Assembly (NCBI GenBank): GCA_031835245.2
Contig: JAVKOQ020000006.1
Coordinates: 124,001-188,000, forward strand
Length of the DNA: 64,000 bases
Source: Balamuthia mandrillaris
Lineage: Eukaryota
Direction of reading: 5' to 3'
In this document: one piece after another, positions 49,840 through 64,000 of the stretch
Layout of the letters: each line of letters opens with the position of its first letter
How positions within the stretch are numbered: the first letter of the stretch is position 1
The notes under the pieces: generated by a model
Told to the model about the DNA's origin: nothing
Seen by the model: only the letters and a program-made list of their open reading frames with translations
Database searches by the model: none
Program-made: the position numbers and the translations under genes

Positions 49840-49993
49840 TTGAATTTTTTGCATTCTTTAGAGGTTTTAAATAATTTGAATTTTTTGCATTCTTTAGAGG
49901 TTTTAAATAATTTGAATTCTTTGCATTCTTCATAGTTTGAATTCTTGGGGTTCTTTGAGAGTCTAGCATTACTTGAATTCTTTTCATTCTTTA
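49840..49993. repeat. 36-bp AT-rich minisatellite (two exact copies plus degenerate copies)
   Basis: Unit ttgaattttttgcattctttagaggttttaaataat at 49840 and 49876, followed by decayed ttgaattct... copies. Confidence 0.8.
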
Positions 49994-50098
49994 GGAGAAA
50001 AGAGAACAGAGAAGCAGAGAACAAAGCAGGCAGAGAGGGAAAAAAAGAGGATGCTGTTTGAAATAGAAAGGACTCCTGGGTTTTATTTTGGTGTGTTT

Positions 50099-52256
<2,158 letters not shown>

Positions 52257-52636
52257 CTTTTTTTTTTTTTTGGTGGTCGCTAGAAGGCAAGAAGAAAAGT
52301 GTATATGGGAATGAAGAAGGAGATGAATGAAAGAAACAAAAAAATGAATCAATCAATCACTTTTTTTTTCTTTCAATCAAAAAAAAATTCATTTTTCCAA
52401 ACAAAAAAATTCAGAAAAATGAAAGAACTGATCTGATCTGAGGGGCCATATATGATCTTTGTACCCCTCAGGAAATCTGTCGCGCACGAGAGAGGACAAG
52501 GCAGAGGACAAGAGTGTTGTCGACATTAGAACGAGGAGAGGAGAGAGGACGCTAGAGAAGACAAGAGATATGTCGACATTAAATTGTCCACGTCGACACA
52601 GACAAAACAGAGATTGAAAGAAAAAAGAGGAAAAGT

Positions 52637-53460
52637 ATGGAAGAGGAGGAGGAAGGTGAAGAAGAAGGACCAACGCATCCGTCTGGAAGGGCAGCAAACG
52701 GACAACAAAGCATCGGCACTTCAGACATGCATGCTACCCAACGGTTTGGTCGTCCCAGTTTCTCCCTTTTTCATCCTCTCTTTGCGCAAACCAACTCATT
52801 TTTTTCTTTACAACCTCCATAGAGAGCAGAGGAGCAGAAAGAGCCGAGATGTTGAAGAGGAGAGAGACAAAGCGGCTGAGGAGGAAGAGGAGGAGGAGGA
52901 AGACTATGACTACGTGCCTTCACCCGTGATGGATTCGATGGAGCTCTTCCCAGAGCTATCCGCCGAGGCCTCCGCCTTTGTCGACAATATTTCCACGCGG
53001 ACCAGAGGTGAGAGACGATCCTTCTTTTTTTCAATTTTTTTTGTTTTGTTTTTCGTCCACTTCGAAACGGTTTTTTAAAATGTATGAATGCAGCTCGTCA
53101 GCCATTGCCTGATATTGACTTTCAACAGTTAGAAGGTATCTATGATTCTTCTTTATACTCTTATCTCTCGTTCTCTCCTCTCAACTTTCCATTCTTCTCT
53201 TCTCGGCTCTTTTTTTTTCTCCTCTGTCAACCATTCCTTCGTTATTCCTCTTTCTTTATTTCTCATATTTTCTTTCTTTATGACTCATATTGTTGGAATA
53301 TGGAATAAGATATGTTGCAGGAGGTGGACGACCCATTCGAAGCAAATCCACAGGAAGAAGATTATCTCCGGTTCCTCTTTGAACTTCAGGACAAACACCC
53401 ACCAGATGCTACTGTTCAACGTTTGTCGTTTTTTGTTCTTCTTCTCGTTCTTGTCGCATA

Positions 53461-53491
<31 letters not shown>

Positions 53492-56073
53492 TTAAATGCT
53501 GACGAAAGAAACAATAATTGTGTTTGAGCAGCGACGATGACGATTGAAGAAGATGACGACGATGATTATTGTTTTCAACCTGAGGAGGAGGAGGAAGAGG
53601 ACACCACTTCCCAGCATGGAATGGATGATGAATGGGAGATAGATCGTAAGTCAATCCATTTTAGACAGAAGAGAAGAGAAGCAAGAGAGACAGAGAGAAA
53701 ATCAGGAGTGGATTAAGGCTAACGTAATGCTATAAATCAATTCAGCGGAAGAGATAGAAGCTCTTCTATCCCAACTGGAGGCAGAGCAGCAGCAACAACT
53801 TCAGCAAGCACAACAAGAACAACAGCAACAGCAGAAACAACTGGCTGCAACAACAAAGCCAATAGCTGCTGCTGTTCCTATTCAACCCCTTTACACACAT
53901 AATGTTTTTACTTCTGATCAACTTGTACAATTGCAATGTCAGCTTTCTCAGGTAAACATTATGTCGTCGTCTTCTTTTTTCCTGTTGAGATCGTGCCAGC
54001 TCCACGTTTGTGTTTTTTGTCGTTCTCTTCTTGTTCTTGTTCTTGTTCTTTTTGTTCTGCTTCTTCTTCTTCTTCTTGTTCTTGTTCTTCATCTTCTTCT
54101 TCTTAGTAATAGTCTTATTAACTTTTCGTTCTTTCTGTCATTTTTTCAATTAGCACTTTCAACTATTGTTACAAACTGTTTTCCATTCTTTAGGCGATAA
54201 AGAGAGCGAACCAGCAGAAACTGCTTGGAATCTATTGGTATCATTTCTCTCTCTCTCTCTCTCTCTCTCGCTCTCATACTTGTTTGTTTGTTGGAAACAC
54301 GAAGGTTGAAATGTGGGGACGTCGTGATGCTGTGATACCAAACAACCCTCAACTGCAATCCTCTTCGAAGCCACCTTCTGCTCCTTCACTTCCTTCGTCC
54401 CCATTACGTTTTCTCACTACTCCCACAACCGAACCTTCATTATCTGTTCGAAGAAGCCCTCGTCGGCGACCTCCTCCGCCTCCTTCCTCCTCCTCCTCTC
54501 CCGCTAGCACTTCATTTTCTTCGCGCACTGTCATTCCGTTACCTTCTTCTCTCCTTTCCATCTCCAAGTTTGAAACCGAAATCCCCATAAGAAACAAACC
54601 GACGTTGATGTGGTGCACTACTCGCAGTCTCTTTGACGTTCCAGGCTTGCATTTGGTGCCAGCTTTGGGATCCTTGCTAAATGCTTGTGGCTGGAAGGCT
54701 GCGTACTCTCGACGAGTGCTGCCTTGCCCATACGACTATGCCTCGCGTTCTTTGGGCGTGTTTCCGCCGTTCTCGCAGAAGGAGAGCTTGCACTTACTAG
54801 ATTTGTTTGAGCCATTTTTTGACCCTGCCATCAAGCCAAAGCGTTTAGGTTTGCGACTGACTCTGTTTCTTCTCATTCTCCTTCTTGTTCTTCTTGTTCT
54901 TCTTCTTGTTCTTCTTCTTCTCCTCCTCGTTCTGCTTCTGCTGCTTCTCCTTCCTCTTCTACTGCTCTTTCATTTCAAATAACTAAAATACTTATTTTTA
55001 TCTCCTTCCGAATGCAACAAATATAAACAACAGCACGAAAAAACCGACGGTTAACATTCACACCAGCAGAAGATGATCTTCTTCTCCTTGGACTTCAAAA
55101 ATACGGCAACAAAGGCATGGCAAAAACCCAATCCAACCTCCTTCCTACCAAAACCGTAAAACAACTTCGCAACCGTTACAAAAACCGCATTTCAGGCAAA
55201 GCGGAATGGAACTCCATAAAGGCATTCAAGGAAGGCAGTCGCCTGCAATGCCAGAATCCGCTTACCCAAACCGAACTGCAGCTGTTGACTCAAGGAGTGA
55301 TGCTTTATGGGCTTGATTGGAAGACCATAGCGTTTCGAGTGTTGCCTCGGAGACAACCGCACCATCTTTCCTTTGTTTGGAATCATTTGAGAAACTTACA
55401 TCCATCTTTGTCATCATCATCTTCTACTGCTGCTGCTCCTTCTTCCTCTTCCTCTACCACTCCTGTAACTACAATAGCTCCCTCTTCTGTTGCTGCTTCA
55501 TCCTCTGCTTTTGTTTCTTCTTTTACTCCTTCCGCCTCTTTGTCAACAAGAGCCAATCCTACACAAACAGGAATTACGCCGATCCTTCCACCGTTCAATG
55601 CCTTGCGACTACCTCTCCCACCAGCTGTTGTTCCCCCTCCCTCCATCATTCCTGTCACTGCTTCGTCTTCTTCTCTTCCTGTAACTACCATATCTACATC
55701 CGCAACACCCCCGTTGAAATCTTCGCTCTCTTCTTCCGTCTTCCCGTTGCCTTTGCTGGGCGCTCTCCACTTTGAAAACGAGGACATCATCGACAGCAGT
55801 GAAAGCGACCACGAAGATGAAGAAAAAGGACAAGAAGATGGCGACACAGACGACGTTCTTCTTTATAACAAAGATAGCACAACGAACAAAACTTCTGCCT
55901 ATGTAAACACGGAAAAAGAAGTACCACAAAATGCTTCTGTTCCTCGGCCGTCATCATCACCTTCTTCTCTGGCCTCCACAACACCGAAACAAATGTTTGA
56001 GGAAGAAGATCTCTTCGACTCGGATGAAGAGGAGGAAGAGGCGATTGAAAGCGATGACGACAACAAAAAATAA
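52637..56073 (+). CDS. GON4L/YY1AP1/DUO3-like nuclear protein with Myb/SANT-like repeats; multi-exon
   Basis: FTPAEDDLLLLGLQKYG..LLPTKTVKQLRNRYKNR..NSIK..LTQTELQLLTQGVMLYGLDW..VLPRR resembles the DUO3/GON4L conserved block; also EEDYLRFL and FTSDQLVQLQCQLSQ. The start codon is tentative. Confidence 0.75.
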
Positions 56074-56136
56074 CAAAAGCAGCTGATTCATTTCCCCTTC
56101 TATGCCCACACAAAGAGAACGGAGAGAGAAAGAGAG

Positions 56137-56175
<39 letters not shown>

Positions 56176-56287
56176 GAAAGCCTTTTGTTCAATTTTTTAT
56201 CTTATTTTTTGGGGGGGAGAAGGGGGGATAAAGAAGAGAGAGAAAAGTTTTTTTTTTGTCTTCGTTTTCGTTTTTGTCTCCTTGCGT

Positions 56288-59200
56288 TCAGTTGATCTTG
56301 GTGATAATCTGTTTGGCCCACTTGGCCACCTCTCTCGTCTGGGATGACTGAGAATTGCAGCTCTCGTTGACGATTCCCTGCACGATTTCGTGTTGCAAAT
56401 AGTTCTTCACCTTCGGGCCAAGCGCATGTGCCAAATCGCTAGTGATCGTTGTGTTTTAAATAAGACAATTGTTTCTTCGGGATAGACAGGCAGAGGAGGG
56501 GAGAGGAAGAGAGGAGGAGGAGGGAAGAGAGATAACGATACCCCAAAACACCAACAGCACCACGAGTAACGGCCTCAGTCTTGGTGTTGTCTTGCCAGAC
56601 GTGAGACACAAAGCCGACCAAGTGCTCCACATAGGGAAGGAACAGGTCTCCCTTGTTATCTGTCCTGAGGCCCTGAATGATGGCTGTGTAGGCCTCAAAG
56701 ATATCCTCCCTCAATTGATTCACATAATCCACAAAGTCATAATCGCTCTGTGTTGTTTTTGTTTTGAAAATTGTTATTAAAAATGTTGGAGAAGAAAGAA
56801 AAGGGAGGGGAGAAAGGAATACATACAGGATCGGTTGCTTCAGTGGCGGAGGCTTGTTGCAACATGTTCATAACAATGCTGAGGTATTTGTCAAAGCCGC
56901 CAGATATGGCGATGGCAATGTCTCCAAAGCAAGAGAGAATAGGAGGCTTCACCGAGCGGTTAATGTTTGGGTTCTATTTGTTGCGATTTTAAAAAAACGA
57001 AAGATGAGTAAAGCAACGATAAGACGGAGAGGAAAGAAAGATAGAAAGAAAGGAAAGAGAAACGGTACTCGAAGATTGTCGAGAAGAAGGGTGACGATGA
57101 CATCGCAATAGGGTTGAACTTTCTCCTGGATGGCGCGACAGATATCACCGACAACGCCGACGGCGACGGTGCAGACCTGATGCTCCTCCCAATTGCGCAG
57201 AGCAAACTCCAGCCACTTGTGGAAGGCCGGCATGTACCTCACAAAGTCCACCTCCACCGCTGAAGAATTTTGTATGGTTAGAGACACGAAAAGAAAAAAA
57301 GAGAAAAAAAATAAACGCACCATTAGCAATTGCGCCAACAGCCATCAACGCCTCCTCATGTACAGTCGCGTTCTGGGTCTCGAACACTCGCAAAAACAGG
57401 GTCATCATCTTGTCGGCAAACGGCTTGATGTCCGCCTCCAACTTTTGGGTGCAGGCCTGGAGGGCGCCGCACAAGTGGCCCAACAGCTCGTTTTGAGCCT
57501 CTTTGTCGTCGGCAGAGACGATCTGAAAGTTGAAGGCCTTTTCGAGGCGGTCCAGAAAGACGGGCACCAGCTGCTTTGTGGGGTCGCGGCAGTCGTTGGC
57601 CGCGTTTTGGATCAGAAGGTTGAGGGCTTCGTAGGAGGAGGCGCGAAGGAAGCTTTCGTCGGCGTCATCTCTGTAAATATATGTTAGGCGTTACAAAAAT
57701 AAGAGTGCAAAGACAGAGAGAGAGAGAGAGAGAGAAGGAAAGAAAGAAAAAGCAAGAGAATCAACAAACCTTTCGGTAGCTTTCAAAAGGGCTTCGACCA
57801 AAGCCTTGAAGTATTGAGAGAGGGGAGAAGAGGGTTTATCCGAGGCTTCCTCGAAGGACTCTGCCAAGTTGTGGATAGCCTAAAAAGCAACACGTTTAAG
57901 ATAAAAGATGCAACAGAGAGATAACGGGGAAAGCAGTGAATAGACGAACCCAACAAATCTTAGAGGCAATGCGGGGTTCATCCTCCAAACAGTGGAGAAA
58001 CACTTTCATTACATCACTCAACTTGTCGGTGAGGCAGCCAGAGTGGAGCTGGCAAATGCGGCCAAGGGTCCAAGCCGCTGTGTCCTTCACCAACGTCACC
58101 TGGTCGCCCATGTGGATCAGCAGCAATGGTACAGCTTGTGTGACCAGTTCAGTGATGAGATATCCAGTTGGTCCTTCCAGGATAGATCCTACAAAAATGT
58201 TAAAAAACCTGTCAGAAAGAGCAAAGGATTACAAAGATACAAAAGACAAACCGAAAGCAAGCACAGCAGCTTCGCGTAACCGCCAGTTTTGATCTTGAAT
58301 ATGCTTTTGGACAAACGGCATGATCTCAGGGACAACTTCATCGTAGACGGTGTTGGCAATAAGGGAGAGACAGGTTCCAGCAGCGGTGGAGACGTTCCAG
58401 GTGTCCTCATCCTGTTCTTCGCTTTCTTGACGGGTGAGTGCCTCTGTGAGCACGGGAGCAAGGAACTTGACCGCTCCTTTGATGAAGTTTTGGCAGCTTC
58501 GTTCCGGCTTGATTCCCATGGAAGCACACTGGCACAGAAGAGGAAGAAAGAGATTCACTTTAGATTCAAAAAAGAAACAAAAAGAGAAGGAACAAACCTC
58601 CTCGATCTCCAACAAAATATCAATCTCAACATCGCAAATGGTAGACCAGAACTCAACGGCCTGTTGAGCAACGTCCTCGTCCTCGCTGCGAATAGCTTTG
58701 ATGGTGATCTATTTCCCACAAACAAAAAAAAGAAAACAATAAGGGCGGAGAAAAATGAAGAAAAAAAATTGAAAAAAGGGAACGTACGTCGAAGATGTAT
58801 TGCATCCAGGATGTGATGTGAGCATAGTAGAGACCAGCAATTTTTACCAAACACTCAAACGCTATTGCGGCGATCCTGGGGTCCGATGCCTGTGTTGCTG
58901 TGCAAACGACTTGCATAATGTAATTCTTTTCATCCTCTCTTTCAAAATTGGGTCCCACCAAAACCAGCGTGTTAAGCAAGGCGTTAATGCCAGCGAGCCG
59001 TACGGCAGTGGATGTCTCTTCTGCTCTAGTGCATTGGACAATGCCAGTCAAAATCTGATTGGAAAAACGCAACAGTGCGTCCGGGTCCTTGTTGAAAAAA
59101 ACAAAAGAAAAAAGTTTAGGACAAGAACAAAAAGAAAGAAAAAAAAACAGGCATACGGTAGCGTCGCAAATGTAGCTGATAGCTTTCAAACAGGCAATCT

Positions 59201-59903
59201 TTTTGGCTTCATCTTCTTGCAACAGAGGAGCAACCAAAAGAGGCAGCAAGTCATCCCATCCGCCTTCCGGCATTTCAATAGCAGCAATGGCAGCAATAAC
59301 CTGAGCCGCAGTGCTGGAAGCCTCCTCTGTCTTGCTGCTCAAGGCGTTCAATATGTTGGTTTTCACAGTGTTGCGAAGCTGGAGGTCCAATGCCAACCAG
59401 TTCTTCGCCTTTTGTTCTTGCAAATCCTCATCCTATCCCTAAGTCAGAACAAGGGGGACGATCGAAAAAAAAAGGCGTTACAACAACAAACCGTTGCCGT
59501 CAGGGCGTTCTTCAAGATCAAACCAGCCAGCCTTCGGGAGAGGGGGTTCTTTTCTTCGGAGGCCAACTCCGCAGAAAGAGCCACAAGGAAGGCGGGCTGC
59601 AAAATAAAATACGCAAGAGAGAGAAAGAGAACGAGTAAACAATAAACTCACCGCAAGGAGAGGGAAAAAAACAGGAAAAGGAGGGAGACGTTACCATGTT
59701 TTGCTGCTCAGCAGACTGCAGCTGAGCCTCAGCGTCACCACGAAGCTGGCTGTCTATAAAACGAGGAGGAAGGCAAAAAAAAAGGAGTGAGTAATACAGC
59801 AACGTTTTTTCATATTTAAAAAAAAAACAGAGGTAAACTCAGGAGACAAAATGGATAGCGTACCAGCGCTTTGAGCGTTCAGAAGGATTTGAGACAGATC
59901 CAT
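56288..59903 (-). CDS. KPNB1: Importin subunit beta-1 (karyopherin beta); multi-exon
   Basis: [97 protein letters not shown]. Confidence 0.96.
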
Positions 59904-61063
59904 TTGCTACTCACAGTGAAAAAAAAGGGATTAAGAGTTCCATTAGCGATTCGATGCAATAGTAGGTAGTGCACACAAGAGACACACAGATAAGAAAAGG
60001 GAAAAAAGAAAAATCCCCTTGTTTAAAAAACTCACTACACTCCAAATCAAAAAAATAATAGAGAGCGTAAAGAAAAAGGGGGGGGGGAACGAGTTTCGCT
60101 ACCCTTGTTATTTATGTGTGCGTTCAGCGATTGAAAGCTAATCCTGTTCACGCTGAATAGCGGCGGAACACACAAAAAAAAAAGATTAGATGGGGGAAAG
60201 GAATAAAACCCCTCATCAACACTACTCTTTAAATAAAAAACCACGACACAAAAGACAAACAATAAAAAAAAAGAGAATGCGGATAGCGAAAGAAAAAAAA
60301 AACCGTACTTTCAAAGAGAAGAAAGATCGATCGATCGAGAAGAAAAAAAAAGATGAAAAAAAAAAAAAAACAGAGGCCCCCAAGCAGCAACAACGAGACT
60401 TGGCAACAAAAAAAATTCCCACCAAAGCAACAACGCGTGCTTTTTTTTCTTCTTCTTTTGGGTTTAGCAGAAAGAAATGGCTCTCTCTGTTTTTTTTGTT
60501 GTGTGGGAGGGGAAAAAAATTGTGGCGGGAAATCGCGAATAGGGCAGCGCAAGCGGGCCAAAGGTGTCTATGCAATTTATCCACGTTTTCTTTACTTTTT
60601 CCTTGGACGCAAACGGACGGCGCTCAGCCCTTCTCGGAGCTTTCCCCGTTGCAGCAAATGCGCAAATTGTGTCCGGAAGAAAAAAAATCGTTTCGCGAGG
60701 GTTCTGAATCAATCACAGAAGGACCCTCGTGTAGAAATTTTTTCCTGTAAAATTTTCTCCTGGTTTCTTTCGAATTTCGCTGTTCTCCACAATCATTTTA
60801 GCTGGTGCTTGTTCATAGGAGACAAGGTGCATTACACCAAAAGGAATGGAACTCGAGTTCCTATCGCATCAACACCCTGCATCGGTCCTTGGCTACATTG
60901 AGGCTGAGGGCATCATGGGGAGGCCTACGCACCTCATGAAAAGGAGGGAGAACGGGGAATCATCTTGCGGGAGTGCTTCATGTGTGGTGATTTTTTTGTT
61001 TGTTTTTTGTTTAGCGGAGATAACGGTAGTGTTTCTCTGTTCATTTTGACTTATCGTCTCGTT

Positions 61064-63743
61064 TCATGCATAGACCTCGCTCATGAGAAGCACCACCAGA
61101 GCCGACCATCCCGTAAAAGGATGCGAACGTTGCCCCATCCCCGTCTTTGGATGGTATTGCTCCCACACATACCCCGTTTGTTGATACACCTTTTGTTGTT
61201 GTTAGAAAGAAAGAAAACGAAGGGAAGGAAAAGGTGAAAGAGATAAAAACATTACCCTGAACATATTTTCCACGATGTTGTGCCGCAACTCCTCATAGAT
61301 CTGCCTGGCAAGCTCCCGATAGGGTCCCTCCTCCCTCGCATAGCGCCCATGCAACACGCGCAACGCCAGATAGTTTATGTTCAACCAAATCGGTCCTTTC
61401 CAATAGTTCTCCCCATCTCCGAACAACTCATCGGAGAGGGAGAGAGAGCGCAGCCCAAACTCCGACCAGAGGTGTTGGGGGTCGTGTAGAGCCTCCAACG
61501 TGCGGATGAGGTGAGGGGAGTCACAGGGGATGAGCCCAAGCAGGAAAGGGAAGAGGTTGACGTAGCCCACGTGCTCGGCATGCGTTACGGTGTAGTGCGG
61601 TTCTGCCTTCGTTTCTGCATCAGATTCGACTTGTTGGAAGGAAATGACGTCGCAGTAGGTTCCTGTATTCGGATTCCAGTGCAGTTCTGATTGTTTTCAT
61701 AACGAAGTTTCTCATATGAGTAGAAGATAGAAAGAACACGAAAAGAGGAAAAAACAGAGAGTATTGCAGAGAAAAACCCTCTGTAGGAAAAAAAGGCGTC
61801 AGCAAAACAATAAATATCATAAGTATATTACCTTCCAAGCGCCGGAGGTAGCGTTGGTAGTTTTGGCGGTAGGGTTGCGGGTCCTTATTGACTAGCTCCG
61901 CCAAGTCCGCCATCACCTCCGAATAATATGCCATCCAACTCAACAGATCCACATGCAACTCTTGATCCGATGGTTTACGTGCTCGTGGGTAGTCATCCAA
62001 TCCTTTTTTTAAAAGAAACAAATTGATAAGGTTACATTCTGGTTTCTTTTACCACAACAAAGCAACGAAATAAAGGAACAGCATAGTCGCGTACCCGAAG
62101 TAAGTGTATGGTTTTCAGTTCTACCACGCCACCGAAAAGTATCAGGAATGGCACCGGACTGCGTTCTTAAGAACCAGTTGTAGTTTCTCTTAAGGTACGG
62201 GTATATATTCGTGAGAAACGCCAGTCTAGCTCCAAAGGTACTTCTATCATCATCGCTCTTCGCAATTGTTGTTGTCGTCATCATTGTGGATGTTTGATGC
62301 TGAAGCAGTTCTGCAGAAGACACAGAAGCAAGCCCCTGTGCTTCGTTGGAAGAAGATTCTTGTTTCTCTTTCAAGGCATCTGAGATAGCAGTCATGAGAT
62401 GACGTATTGGGAAGAGAAGGGTTGGTGGATTGGCAAAAATGGGGTTCTGTGGTTGAAACTCTTGTGGAACCTTGTTTTTGTTTTTAGCTACAGTCAATAT
62501 CTTACACAGGGTATAAGAAAGCTAAAATGCTGCGACAAGAGGCACAGGAACAAAAAGAAGAAAAGAAGGAGGAAGAAGACCCAGAGGAGGTGACAAGAAA
62601 AAAGAAAGAAAAGTTAAGAGATGGTTTAGGGACCTTGCTACGAGCTTCGCTGCCCAGGATTTGTTCTCTTGCTATCCATCCGTTCTCGTCCATCATATTC
62701 AACCAATGACCCAAAACATCTCGTCTATTCTTTCAAATTATTAGCAACAAACTTCATAAGAAAAACAAAAATACAATAAACAACACAACACAAAACAAAA
62801 AAAAAATAAGGAAGAAACGTACGTGATAGATTCTTCCCAAGGCAAAACCAACAGTTGATGAAAGCCTTCATCCCAAAGGAAGCCTCTAGGGAAGAAAGGT
62901 CTTGATGGCACTGCCGAGTACAACACATGTGGTGGCGAAAAGGCATACCGCTTTCTTGCCTGCGGTGACGTTGCAGTATTATCTTCTTCTACAATGATGC
63001 CACTGCCAGAGAAATAACCGATGCCACCGACGAGGTTGCTGAACGTTGCCATTGCAAAGTCTCTTTGTTGGGGAGAGTACTGTGGTTGCCGTTGTTGAAG
63101 CTGAAAGACTTCCTCGAAGCGATCTTCGAACTGGCGTCTGGCTGACATTAAGGTGGAGGTCAAGGAAGAGCCTGTCATGGCTGCCACTATGTCGTCGTCT
63201 AAAGAGGGAGCTTTTTTGGGTGGTTTGGCGGTTGCTGAGTCATATGACTCTCCACTCTCATGGGAAAGGAAGACCAAGTCGAACTGACGAATTCGGCACA
63301 GAACATTAATAAAAGAAAGAGGAGGATGGGCAAAAGAAGAACACAAAAGAAAGTTGCTAACAAGACAGCACTTTTACCTCAAAAGGAAGTGTAAAAATCC
63401 GTTGAATCACAAAGACATTGCTCCCTTCCTCAATTGTATTTGGCAATGTAGGAATAAGCCAGGGAGCATTTGCTGGAGCAGCCCATGCTGCATCACCACC
63501 AGAGTTGGCGCGAGCTTTAAGGTGCTGGAGAAAGAGATTGGAGCGGGCCTGGTTCAACAGAGGTTGCACCACATCTTCCTTCACTCGCCATATTTGTTCT
63601 CCTCCGTCCTTGTCATCCCAGCGCACACCGACAAAGTGGATGCGATCCAAGTTTGGCGAGCCCTTCACTTTTGGAAGATGCGCTGGTGGTTCCACGTACT
63701 CGTTTTTTTCATCTATGGAAGGAGACGAATGAGAAGAAGAGCG

Positions 63744-63790
<47 letters not shown>

Positions 63791-64000
63791 GAGAAGGTGA
63801 GTTTGCACAAACCTTCCTTGAAAAGAAAAGAAAAGCTTCCTAGCTCTTGAGTGAAGCCTTGCACATGAACATCTTTCCGGCTGATGCCCATTTTCTTTGC
63901 TTGTTTTCCTGGAAGAGAAAGGGAGCCTCCTTCAGGGACGGTAAAATAGTACAGCACAGACACCAAGTTTGGTTGTTCTTGCCCTGCCTGTGCCGAAGGG
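61064..64000 (-). CDS. MOGS: Mannosyl-oligosaccharide glucosidase I (GH63); 5' part lies outside the window
   Basis: [96 protein letters not shown]. Confidence 0.96.

Overview
Gene-dense eukaryotic nuclear DNA with many short introns, almost certainly amoebozoan. The basis is a close match, from memory, to the Dictyostelium 34-kDa actin-bundling protein plus a PLS-PPR-DYW gene; an Acanthamoeba/Balamuthia-like lineage is my inference. About 22 protein genes can be reconstructed by splicing across (CT)n/(CTT)n-rich introns: PPR-DYW editing factor (5' truncated), ABCF3/GCN20, kinesin-7, a receptor-like RasGAP, a mitochondrial-type CDF transporter, Sec61beta, a CruF-like hydratase, MED6, a coiled-coil/Costars/LIM protein, RasGEF, Moco sulfurase, cytochrome b561, a 104-aa orphan, MED22, Nup85, TANGO6/Rtp1, ABP34, SAM50, OLA1, a GON4L/DUO3-like protein, importin beta and glucosidase I (5' truncated). 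Most ORFs in the supplied track are microsatellite or antisense artefacts. The most notable observations are: (1) a single-pass receptor joining LamG/PKD/Ig-like ectodomains to a cytoplasmic RasGAP; (2) an intronless DYW deaminase with recently duplicated PLS triplets beside a CpG-depleted block unlike the rest of the window; (3) an intron-containing gene of the prokaryotic CruF family; (4) a GTCGAC/CGTCGACACGAA element clustered in most promoters; (5) a ~190-bp foldback element. Exon boundaries were inferred by eye and family assignments come from motif recognition, with no database searches run.
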